A stretch of 64,000 bases of DNA from Bacilli bacterium (GCA_017477255.1 JAFUXB010000004.1:81132-145131), one strand, 5' to 3'; shown: positions 41,121-50,254, counted from the stretch's first letter. Notes: generated by a model from the letters alone, not told the origin. Translations and numbers: made by a program.

Positions 41121-41221
41121 AGGGTGTTTCAAGGGTGTTTCACTTTTTCGTTATGGTGTTTCAAAATTTAAGGGATGTTTCATTTGTATTACCATACTTG
41201 TCCTTATACATATTGAAACAA
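41121..41221 (+). other. att-like site B: left arm (GGTGTTTCA repeats) plus core
   Basis: AGGGTGTTTCA at 41121 and 41132, GGTGTTTCA at 41155, GGGATGTTTCA at 41172; core ATATTGAAACAA at 41210-41221. Confidence 0.65.
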
Positions 41222-41387
41222 GGAAGATGATCCATACATGAATAAAACAATAGAATTAATAATTGATAATACAATAGTAGATGTTAATTGGTTAGATAAT
41301 GATTCTGTTACAGCCTTGACTAATCTTGCAAAAGATGGAATCATTAGTTTTGATAAAGTATTTTTTGAAAAGCACCAAACAAAGTAG
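41221..41387 (+). pseudogene. 3' fragment of a cyclophilin-like-fold lipoprotein
   Basis: EDDPYMNKTIELIIDNTIVDVNWLDNDSVTALTNLAKDG resembles the start of cyclophilin-like (DUF369-type) domains, then breaks off. Confidence 0.5.
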
Positions 41388-41407
41388 TAGATGGTACTAT
41401 TAAAGAA

Positions 41408-41660
41408 ATGCACGAAGGATGTGCAGATTTTGTTAGAAGAGGCGAAGCTTTCTATTATGATACTAAGGGAAAAATAAAGGATAAATTTCCTAAAGAAGAA
41501 AGAAATTCAAACGGTGTTTGTCATGTAAGACCACATGCAAGAGTAGGATTGGATCACTATGAATTACCAATAGCTGATAAAGTGATAGGAATAACCTCAT
41601 ATACAAAGCAGAGTTTTTAGTTTAATAAGGATTTTGTTGAAAAAATGATAAATGGTGCTG
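41408..41660 (+). pseudogene. C-terminal remnant of a Sau3AI/MutH-family restriction endonuclease
   Basis: CHVRPHAR...TKQSF(TAG)FNKDF, with TAG at 41618 where this family typically has Trp (KQxFWxN). Confidence 0.6.
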
Positions 41661-42584
41661 AAGAATGGTGATTTTTGTATGGATACTAAAAATGAAGAGT
41701 TATTTAAAAGATATTTAAATCCAACGAGAGGTTCCCATTATGTAAAAAGAGAGTATTTATCTAATTGGTCTAGTGATGGAACGCACATTTTAACATGTAG
41801 AGATAAAACTAATTTTGTTTCAAACAATTTGAAAGATGTCTGTACTGAAAGAGATATGTATAAAATGGAAAAATTAACTAATCTCGAATTAATGCAAGTA
41901 CAAACTTTTTATAAAAACTCAAAACCTCGGGTAAAGGAAATAAATGATAGTTTTATTGGTATGTGGCAACTTGCTTGTTCAATTATGGAAAACAAAGACA
42001 ATCCAGAAGACAAAAACTTGGCAAATAAAATAGCTATTCAGTGCGGAGAAGATTTACAATCTAATTTTGAATCCACTTTAGATGATTGTATAAAAAAATG
42101 CTTGTTAAATTGTGAGGAAAGTTTTTTGGACCAAGATGACAAATTACTAAATTTTGGGCTTTATCTTTTTAGTCAATATTTAAGAACTCAAAAACAAAAA
42201 AACAAAGTAATAAATAACCTAGAAAACGCTAATCATTTTGAAAATATTAAAGGTCAATTGAATCCTGAAAAATTGTGGAAAGTACTGATTATTATTATGA
42301 CAAATATGGCGTCTTATGAATTATTATCTAGAAAAGAAACAAACCATATTTGTTTTATCAAAAGTAATCAAAAAGCATTAATTACTAGTGATCAACCAGT
42401 TGTAAATATTGCGAAAGATATTGACCATGATTATGTAAAATTCTATTATCCTATTTCTCCATCAGTTTCTATAATATTTCCTGTTGAAAAGTTTTCAATA
42501 ATTGAAGACGATATTAGCTTAATAAAGAAAATGAATGATGTAATTATAAATAATAGTTATAGAATGTTTTTTAAATTAAAATAA
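41652..42584 (+). CDS. DUF4238-like protein
   Basis: HYVKREYLSNW near the N-terminus, QYLRT, ITSDQPV and YYPISP. Confidence 0.75.
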   Translation: MVLKNGDFCMDTKNEELFKRYLNPTRGSHYVKREYLSNWSSDGTHILTCRDKTNFVSNNLKDVCTERDMYKMEKLTNLELMQVQTFYKNSKPRVKEINDSFIGMWQLACSIMENKDNPEDKNLANKIAIQCGEDLQSNFESTLDDCIKKCLLNCEESFLDQDDKLLNFGLYLFSQYLRTQKQKNKVINNLENANHFENIKGQLNPEKLWKVLIIIMTNMASYELLSRKETNHICFIKSNQKALITSDQPVVNIAKDIDHDYVKFYYPISPSVSIIFPVEKFSIIEDDISLIKKMNDVIINNSYRMFFKLK

Positions 42585-42630
42585 AACACTAAAAAAGAGA
42601 TAAAAATAAGATATTTTTTGAAACATTTTT

Positions 42631-42895
42631 AAGGGGTGTGCAAAGGGTGTGCAGTGGTGTGCATTGTATTAAAATGATTCATCTTTGCCATATTGAAACA
42701 ACTGTATTGAAACGAGATTCTGGTCTCAAATCAGCACTTTTTCTTTATTTATAGACAATTTTGGTAAAGTTCAAGTCCTGTTACCGATAATAATGCCTAA
42801 TTTTTATTTGTTGAAAACAAGCTGGTAAAGTGTGCTTACACGAAAGTTTTACTTTTACACGATAGACACGAAAGGCCAAAGCTATTGTGTAAAGT
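42631..42895 (+). other. att-like site C: left arm, core and right arm
   Basis: GGTGTGCA x3 at ~11-bp period, core at 42690-42701, a hairpin, and ACACGA x3 (42838-42875). Confidence 0.7.
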
Positions 42896-42917
42896 AAAAA
42901 ACGTTTATATAAAATAC

Positions 42918-43014
42918 GTGAATGCTTAAAATAAATTCCTGATAATAAACAAACTTAAATTTTATTAGACCAAATTCTCAAATTTTAATTTAAAACGGAA
43001 TTTGAATTGAGAAT
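42918..43014 (+). repeat. 97-bp dispersed repeat, copy 2
   Basis: Matches 12464-12560. Confidence 0.8.
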
Positions 43015-43320
43015 TATAGTGTTTTTAGAGGATTTTTGAGCACATTAAAAAGAATGTGTAAATTCCGTTTATTAGACTAAATTCCGTTTAAAAAACAAAA
43101 ACTGATTTTACTTTTAGAATTAATGTAGAAAAAAATGTAATGCTTTTTAAAAAAGAAATTGATAAATTTAAGGGAATGGTCAACAATCTCTTTTTGTTAT
43201 GATCGACAATTATGTAACGAAAGAGAGGATATGGTTTTGTTTGATAAGGGATGTAAAAGAGGATTTCTTCCTCTAAAAAATTATATTTAATATTTTTGGG
43301 TATACATAGTTGGAGGAAAT

Positions 43321-44169
43321 ATGAAAACAACAATCAAATTATTTTTAATGGATGGAACTGCAACAGGAAGGATTAAATGTAGTTTTTCTTCTGGATGGAA
43401 TGGAATCGGGTATAAAATTCCAAAATCAGATTTAGATAAATGTGATAATATCACTTTTTTAAAGCAAGCAGGTGTATATTTTTTATTTGGGTGCGATGAA
43501 GAAGACAGTGAATTTGTATATGTAGGACAAGGAAATAAGAGACAAAATGGGCAAGGAGTACTTAGTCGAATAAAAGAGGCTCATGATAGCGTTCCATTAT
43601 GGAATGCTTGTGTAGTTTTTGTTTCTTCAGGAGAAGATATAGGTCCTACTGAATTAAATTATCTTGAAAATAGATTTACTAATATGGCGTCTGTGTCAGG
43701 AAGATATCTAGTTAAAAATAATAAAAATCCAAGCTCATCTCAGCTTTCAGAAGAAGATGAAGCGGATATGTCATTATTCATCGAAAATTCAAAATTAATT
43801 TTAAGTGCATTAGGTTATAGAGTTCTTGAGGAGCCTCTTGTGACAAACAATGATAAACAGACTACATATACATATTCTTATAACGGAAAAAAAGCAAAAG
43901 GAGTTCTCAGTGATGATGGGTTCGTTTTACTTAAAGGAAGTCAACTTAATGACGAAAGTTCTTTTGCAAAAAGATGGATTAAAAAAATACCGGCACAAAG
44001 AAATTTATATAAAAACAAAATAGAAAACTTGGTCACAACAGAGGATATACTTTTTAAAAGTTCATCTGGCGCAGCATGCTTTTGTTCTGGGCAATCTGTT
44101 TCCGGACCTAAAAATTGGGTTGATTCTGATGGAATAAGCCTAGAAAATAAAATTAAAAAAAATGTTTAA
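43321..44169 (+). CDS. GIY-YIG nuclease with C-terminal DUF4357
   Basis: IKLFLMDG, GVYFL...VYVGQ, YLE, FVLLKGS and FKSSSGAA...SGPKNW. Confidence 0.85.
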   Translation: MKTTIKLFLMDGTATGRIKCSFSSGWNGIGYKIPKSDLDKCDNITFLKQAGVYFLFGCDEEDSEFVYVGQGNKRQNGQGVLSRIKEAHDSVPLWNACVVFVSSGEDIGPTELNYLENRFTNMASVSGRYLVKNNKNPSSSQLSEEDEADMSLFIENSKLILSALGYRVLEEPLVTNNDKQTTYTYSYNGKKAKGVLSDDGFVLLKGSQLNDESSFAKRWIKKIPAQRNLYKNKIENLVTTEDILFKSSSGAACFCSGQSVSGPKNWVDSDGISLENKIKKNV

Positions 44170-44279
44170 TCTTTTAAAATATGTAAATAGTATTGAATTT
44201 TTGACTATTCTAAAATTTTAATGTAGTTAACCAATATCAAGAATTGAAATAAAAATTTATAAACTGCATAATAATAACA

Positions 44280-44360
44280 CCATAAAGAGTGTGGTTAGGG
44301 ACAAGCCCAGTAATCCACCGGCAACCCAAGTAATGTTGGGTGCCAAAGCTTGAACGATGG
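44280..44360 (+). ncRNA. SAM-I-clan riboswitch (compact variant lacking P4, SAM-I/IV-like)
   Basis: CCAT-AAAGAG, AGGGAC-AAGCCC, CCGGCAACC, GGTGCCAA and GATGG; P1 is CCAT/ATGG. Confidence 0.8.
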
Positions 44361-44376
44361 GAACAATAAAACTATT

Positions 44377-44406
44377 AAAGCTCCTATCGTGACGATGGGA
44401 GCTTTT
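44377..44406 (+). terminator. Riboswitch-coupled intrinsic terminator
   Basis: AAAGCTCCTATCGT-G-ACGATGGGAGCTTTTT. Confidence 0.8.
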
Positions 44407-44438
44407 TAATTCCTCTTTATGGTATTAAGGAGAGAAAT

Positions 44439-44957
44439 ATGGAAAAAGAATTATATGAGGATTTAAAAAGGCTTTATAGAGAACAATTAGGGGGATATGC
44501 AGATCGATATTGGAGATTTCGTGTATATTACCTTTTAAAAGAAAATTATAACTATGATTAGGATGACCCTAAAAATCGTAAAGAAAGGGAAGAAATGTTC
44601 AAGGATGAAACTCCTTGGAAACCAGACCCAGTAGTATATGAAACTTACATACCAGATAAAGAAATTAAAGAAAGAATCTTAGGTGAACTTAAAACACAAA
44701 ATAAAGATTTGTATGAAAAAGTGATTATTTTAGAGAAATATCTAGATATGTCTTTAGATGAATATAAAGAAGCGCGTGGAAAATATTTTATCGGTGCATA
44801 TTGCAATGATATACCTTTGATAGATAATTGGTCAAAAGAGAATTTAAGGTCAATTAAATTCCCTGAAAATGTTGACTTAATGCAAAAATACTATGATTAT
44901 TTTATTAAAAAATATCCAAGTTTATTAAATGTAATAGAAAGAGAACTCAAGAAATAG
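44439..44957 (+). pseudogene. Hypothetical gene with an internal in-frame TAG
   Basis: RBS AAGGAG and ATG 44439 are in frame with ORF 44595-44957; TAG at 44559-44561. Confidence 0.6.
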
Positions 44958-45134
44958 TTAGAAAATAGCAAGGATTAAAGCGTTTTTGGATTACTTTTAT
45001 ATTTATTGATCTAATTAATACATTATTTATTAGGATATAAAATATCTTGAGTTTTTGAGTTTTCATCAAGTTATTTTATATATCAAATAATGAGCTAACA
45101 AAAATATAAATTATTTTTATATTGGAGAAATATT

Positions 45135-48100
45135 ATGAAAAATAAGTTTTTACTCGGATTAGCAATTTGTTTAGGAACTGTTAGTTTACTTTCAGGATGT
45201 ACTAAAGACGATTTAATGGCTGCACTTGATAATAATACAAGTGAATTACAATCAGAAATTGATAATTTAAAAGAACAAATTAAAGTATTACAAGACAAAA
45301 TAACTAGTCTTGATAATTCAATGAGTGAAGAAATCAAAAATGTTAAAAATGATTATCAAGCTAAAATTGATGAATGTAATTTAAAAATTAATCAAAACAC
45401 AAAAAAGATTAAAGAACTTGAAGAACAATTAGCTTTAGAAAAAGCAAATTTAGAGAAAGATTATAATGATAAATTAGCTGGTTTAAAATTGCAATTTGAA
45501 ACTAAAAACGAAGAGTTAAGTGCAAAAATCTTAAAAAATAGTCAAGATCTAGAAGCTTTAACTAAAAAACACGATGATGATAAAAAAGAATTACAAGATG
45601 ACTATAATAAGAAAATTAATGATTTAGATACTAAAGACACTTTAGCTAGAGAAGAGTTACAAAAAGACTATAAAGAAAGATTAGAAAACTTAGATAATAA
45701 ATATTTTAGTGAAGTAGAAAAATTAAATGAGACAATTACTTCATTAAATAACTCTTTTGTTAATTTTAAAATCCAATATGATGCTGATAAAAAAGCATTA
45801 GAAGAAGACTATAATACAAAAATAAATTCATTAAGTGAAAATGAACAAGCAGCTAGAGATAAATTAAAAGAAGAATTCCAAGAAGCTTTAGAACAATTAG
45901 AAACTGAATTTAATAATCAAGTCTCTACTATTAATAGTAATTATGAAGAATTAAAAGCTAAACATGATGCTGATAAAATAGCTTTAGAAGATGATTATAA
46001 TTCTAAAATTAATTCTTTATCTGAAGAAGAACTAAAAGCAAGAAACGAATTAAAAGAAGATTATGACAAGAAAATTAGTGATTTAGATAATGAATTTAAT
46101 GAGAAGGTAAATAGTTTAAATGAATCTTTAGAATCATTAACAACTAATTTTGATCTTTTTAAAGAACAATATGTAAAAGATAAGAAAGCTTTAGAAGATG
46201 CTTTAAATGAAGAAATTTTAAACTTAAACAATAAATTAGATAGTACAAAAAACGAAATTATTGAAGACTATAATAAGAAGATTGGTGATTTAGATCAAAA
46301 ATATCAAGAACAAGTAACTGTTTTAAATCAAGCGCTCGAACAAGATAAATCCGATTTAAATAAGTTTAAAGAGAATTATGCAGTAGATAAAAAAGCATTA
46401 GAAGAAGAATTTGAAAGTAAATTGAATAATTTAGTTACAAAATATGATGCCGAAATTAGTGATATACAAGGTGAAATCAATTCGCTTAATAGTGAATTAG
46501 TTAATTTAAAAACTGAAATGAATAATCTTATTGAAGAAATTCAAAATGATTATAATAGCAAAATTAGTGATATTATTTCTCGACTTGAAACGTTAGAAGC
46601 AGTTGAATATCATACCGTGACATTTAACTCGAATGGTGGTAATGAAGTTGCTTCTCAAAAAGTAAAACACGGTGAAAAAGTAAAAGAACCAACAATAAGT
46701 AGAACTGGATATAATTTCAATTATTGGACATATAAAGAAAAAGAATTCGATTTTGATTACTTTATTGTAACTGAAGATATAACTTTAGAAGCTTCATGGT
46801 CGTATATTCCATATTCAGTTACTTTTAAGAATGATGACGGATCAATTTTAGAAAAACATGAAAATATTGAATATGGCACTTCAATTGAATATGAAGGTGA
46901 AACTCCAACAAAAGCCATACAAGAAGAACATTATGTATACGAATTTACTGGATGGGATATAGACACATCGTTTGTAAACGGTGATTTAATAGCAACTGCA
47001 CAATATAGTGCAAGTTATGCACCATATACAGTTGAATATTTAGATGAAGATGGAACATTGCTTCAAAGCAAATATGTCACTAGTGAAAATGAATCAACCT
47101 ATGATGGTGAGGTGCCTACTAAAGAAAATGATGAATTATATGAATACCAGTTTAAAGAACGGAAGAAAATAAGTGCAGATGATCAAAAAATTACATTTAA
47201 AGCAGAATATTACAAGAAATCTATTGATATAACTTTTGAACAAGGTTCTTACATGGGTGAAAATTTAGAATGGGTCTATGCCGAGTCTTGTAAGTATGTA
47301 AGCAAGTATAGTGGCATAGAGGAAGAGCCTATTATTCCGGATATGTGGGATAATCAAAAAGTAGTAGGTATTAGCCAAATGGCATTTCAATCTTGTTCTA
47401 CTGTTAAAAAGATTTCATTACCAAGATATATGAGGGTATTGAATGAATTGGCATTTTATCATTGTAATAATCTAAGTGAGATTACTTTTAATGATGATTT
47501 AATCTTGATAGGTGATAGTTGCTTTAGCAGTACTAAGTTAAAAACCATTAAATTAAATAAAAATCTTTTAAGAATTGATCCTTATGCTTTCTCATACTGT
47601 GATTTAATAGATGAAGTAGAAATCCCTGAAAAGATTACTTCTGATAATTTAGGCCCTAAGATTTTTTATGCGTGTAAAAATCTTTCAAAAGTAACAATTC
47701 ATGAAAATATTAAAGAAATACCAAGTGAGATGTTTCATGGTTGCACGTCTTTAAAAGAAGTTCAAGGGTTTGAGTATATTGAAACTTTTAATGACTCATG
47801 TTTTTATGCATGCAGTTTATTAAATGATGGTGTGATAAATATTAGTAAAAACGTAAAATCAATTGGTAAATCTGTTTTTTCTACTAATAAAATCTATATA
47901 AATGCTTCAGCAAATTTAAAATTATTTCCTTATATTGCCACTGCTTCAGTAATTTATTTAGATATTGAAAACGACTTAAAAACATTCGCATCAGATTGGT
48001 CTTCTGGGATAATAGTTTTATATGGTTATAAAGGCTGTATATATGATAGCTTAGGTTCAAAATATGCCGTTTATATGAGAAATGGAGAATATAAAGCAAG

Positions 48101-48260
48101 ATTAGAAACTATAATTGGGGGCGAAAATGTAGTAATTCCAAACCAAATTGAATATAGTGGTTCTTTAATTGATGTTGAATCCTATAGTTATGATCTATTT
48201 TATAATCATTTAGACATAAAAAGTATTTGTTTTAATGATAACATTACTGAAATGTTATAG
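45135..48260 (+). CDS. Lipoprotein with a long coiled-coil stalk, B-repeats and BspA-like LRRs (frameshifted at the 3' end)
   Basis: Lipobox LSGC; recurrent DKKALEEDYN-type heptads; VTFNSNGG and YEFTGWD; LRR_5 repeats. Confidence 0.8.
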   Translation: MKNKFLLGLAICLGTVSLLSGCTKDDLMAALDNNTSELQSEIDNLKEQIKVLQDKITSLDNSMSEEIKNVKNDYQAKIDECNLKINQNTKKIKELEEQLALEKANLEKDYNDKLAGLKLQFETKNEELSAKILKNSQDLEALTKKHDDDKKELQDDYNKKINDLDTKDTLAREELQKDYKERLENLDNKYFSEVEKLNETITSLNNSFVNFKIQYDADKKALEEDYNTKINSLSENEQAARDKLKEEFQEALEQLETEFNNQVSTINSNYEELKAKHDADKIALEDDYNSKINSLSEEELKARNELKEDYDKKISDLDNEFNEKVNSLNESLESLTTNFDLFKEQYVKDKKALEDALNEEILNLNNKLDSTKNEIIEDYNKKIGDLDQKYQEQVTVLNQALEQDKSDLNKFKENYAVDKKALEEEFESKLNNLVTKYDAEISDIQGEINSLNSELVNLKTEMNNLIEEIQNDYNSKISDIISRLETLEAVEYHTVTFNSNGGNEVASQKVKHGEKVKEPTISRTGYNFNYWTYKEKEFDFDYFIVTEDITLEASWSYIPYSVTFKNDDGSILEKHENIEYGTSIEYEGETPTKAIQEEHYVYEFTGWDIDTSFVNGDLIATAQYSASYAPYTVEYLDEDGTLLQSKYVTSENESTYDGEVPTKENDELYEYQFKERKKISADDQKITFKAEYYKKSIDITFEQGSYMGENLEWVYAESCKYVSKYSGIEEEPIIPDMWDNQKVVGISQMAFQSCSTVKKISLPRYMRVLNELAFYHCNNLSEITFNDDLILIGDSCFSSTKLKTIKLNKNLLRIDPYAFSYCDLIDEVEIPEKITSDNLGPKIFYACKNLSKVTIHENIKEIPSEMFHGCTSLKEVQGFEYIETFNDSCFYACSLLNDGVINISKNVKSIGKSVFSTNKIYINASANLKLFPYIATASVIYLDIENDLKTFASDWSSGIIVLYGYKGCIYDSLGSKYAVYMRNGEYKARLETIIGGENVVIPNQIEYSGSLIDVESYSYDLFYNHLDIKSICFNDNITEML

Positions 48261-49167
48261 ATTGTTTAATACTAATACAGCTAGTAATCTTGAACAAATT
48301 ACTTTAGGTAATGGATGTACTAATATTCCCGAAAGTTTTGCTTTAAATCAAAGTAAATTAACAACCGTTAATAATAGTAGTGTTGTACAGAATATAAAAT
48401 CTAGTGCATTTAAAGGTTGCTTAAAATTAGAGTCGTTTGATTTTTCAAATATTAATAATGAAATTTCGGCTTATGCTTTTTATCAAAATGAATCACTTAA
48501 AAAGATTGAAATTTTGGGTAATGTTATAAAAGTAGGAGATAGATGTTTTGAGGGATGTAAAAAAGTTGAATATTTATATGTTTCTAAAGATGTGAAAACT
48601 TTAGGAAGTTATTGCTTTAATTTTGGATATGTACTTGGACTTTTTAGAAGAAGATTGAGTTTCTTTGAATTTAATTATTCTACGGATATTGGTTTAGAAG
48701 GATTAAATGCAAGTTCAACCTTTGTTACTTATTGGAATATTAAAAAAATTATTCAAATTAATCAGATGAAAGTTGTCTTGTTCAATGATACATTCGATGC
48801 AATTATATGTGATGTTGCTTGCGAAGATTCTGAAATTACAGTGAGTGCCTTCACAATTAATGATGAGGGCAATGTTTATAATGTTTCTGAACTTGGAAGG
48901 AATTCAATTTTTAATACTGCTGCTATGAAAATTACTTTACGTAATTTGAATGCTAATAGTTATCCTATTAATGGTGCATCTAATTTGAAGTATTTAATTT
49001 TGGATAATATATTGACGATTAAAAGTGGAATAATTGATGGCATTAATGAAGAATTGTACATATATTGTAGTTATGAAACAGCGCCAGAAGATTGGTATGT
49101 TAAGTGGTATGGGTCAGTTAATCCAAATAACATTGTCTGGGGTTCAGTGAATCCTCCAATCTCTTAG
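48235..49167 (+). CDS. LRR_5 continuation of the upstream lipoprotein (probable frameshift near 48250)
   Basis: LRR pattern continues across the frame change; no RBS or signal peptide; ends in a W..W..IVW tail typical of BspA C-termini. Confidence 0.65.
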   Translation: MITLLKCYRLFNTNTASNLEQITLGNGCTNIPESFALNQSKLTTVNNSSVVQNIKSSAFKGCLKLESFDFSNINNEISAYAFYQNESLKKIEILGNVIKVGDRCFEGCKKVEYLYVSKDVKTLGSYCFNFGYVLGLFRRRLSFFEFNYSTDIGLEGLNASSTFVTYWNIKKIIQINQMKVVLFNDTFDAIICDVACEDSEITVSAFTINDEGNVYNVSELGRNSIFNTAAMKITLRNLNANSYPINGASNLKYLILDNILTIKSGIIDGINEELYIYCSYETAPEDWYVKWYGSVNPNNIVWGSVNPPIS

Positions 49168-49331
49168 TCTTTTATAATTAAAAATAAATAATAGTAATTA
49201 AACAATATTAAACAGTGAATTTCATATTCATTTTAGTATATTGATTTAATTTATAATAAAATAATGCAGGTAAAATATAATTAACTATTTTTAGATAAAT
49301 CTAAAATACGTTAAAACCTGCATTTTTTATT

Positions 49332-49359
49332 AAAAACCTTACAGAACTCCAATATTTTT
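49332..49359 (-). repeat. 28-bp dispersed repeat (copy 6)
   Basis: AAAAACCTTACAGAACTCCAATATTTTT. Confidence 0.65.
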
Positions 49360-49612
49360 ATTAAAAGGCAAACTTTATGAAAAGAAAAATTGTGCCATTT
49401 ATTATGTTTACTGTTATTGATATAATCTTATTAAATTAATATATTATTAAGGAAAAACGAGACATTTTTGTAAAAGTGCCTCGTTTTTATTTATTCGGAT
49501 TAATGTTAACTTATAAGTAGCAATCTTCAAATAAGAGAAATGCTTAATTTACTGTTGATATTACACGCATTTAATGTTTATAATATGTATGAAAATTGTG
49601 GAGATATTGTTT

Positions 49613-49906
49613 ATGGCAAAGGTAAATACAAACATTTCAATCGATAGTAATTTAAAAAAAGAAGCAATTCAGTTATTTTCTGAATTTGGATTAGATTTAT
49701 CAAGTGCAATAACTCTTTTTTTACAACAATCTGTAAGAGAACAAAGAATACCTTTTGAGATTAAAAAATTAACTCGTAATGAAGAAACACTTAAGTCATT
49801 CCTCGAATTTGAAGATATGAAGAAAGACAAAGAAAAATATAAGAGATATTCTTCCTTGTCTGAAATTTTGGAGGAATTAGATAGTGCTGACGATAGTGAG
49901 AAGTAA
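49613..49906 (+). CDS. dinJ: RelB/DinJ-family antitoxin
   Basis: NISIDSNLKKEA...GLDLSSAITLFLQQSVREQRIPFEI; RBS GGAG before ATG 49613. Confidence 0.88.
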   Translation: MAKVNTNISIDSNLKKEAIQLFSEFGLDLSSAITLFLQQSVREQRIPFEIKKLTRNEETLKSFLEFEDMKKDKEKYKRYSSLSEILEELDSADDSEK

Positions 49907-49934
49907 CAGATTTTTAAAAGACTTAAAGATTTGA
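49884..49934 (+). pseudogene. Truncated YafQ-family toxin
   Basis: GGAGG plus GTG start overlapping the dinJ end; reads VLTIVRSNRFLKDLKI then TGA; the rest is absent. Confidence 0.7.
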
Positions 49935-50096
49935 AAAAGAGAAGATAGGCTCCAAATTAAAAAGGGAGTCTTTTATTGAATTTAAGAGAGTTTTTGCCTA
50001 TTTATAATTTGATATATCAGTTAATTCTCATATTTTTTAAAAATTAAATAATCAAGTACTTGCAAATTTTTCACCAGCATTTATACTTAAAGCGAG

Positions 50097-50254
50097 ATTG
50101 ATAGAGGCGCAATTAGAAAAGTAACTAGTTGAAGAGACATCTAATGATGCTAGTGAAAGGCGAAGTTGCCGAAACACCTTAAAGGTATTTAAGGGAGTTG
50201 GGCTATAAGAGAAAATCTTATAGACTCCTACAATTATGTAGAGGAGCTATCGGT
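50097..50254 (+). ncRNA. Lysine riboswitch
   Basis: GATAGAGGCGC...TGAAAGG...GCCGAA...TGGGC...GACT...GCTATC, located upstream of an amino-acid ABC operon. Confidence 0.88.

Noticed and set aside
38521-41220. Classical IS or Tn7-like transposon
   Set aside because: No transposase and no terminal inverted repeats at the two ends.
34248-42713. ATTGAAAC as a CRISPR repeat end, or the sites as integron attC
   Set aside because: Copies are kilobases apart, with no array, no RYYYAAC/GTTRRRY boxes and no integron integrase.
41618-44561. TAG readthrough or recoding suggested by two in-frame TAGs (41618, 44559)
   Set aside because: TAG is a normal stop for hypA, the aldo/keto reductase and the hydrogenase; both cases lie in decaying island DNA.
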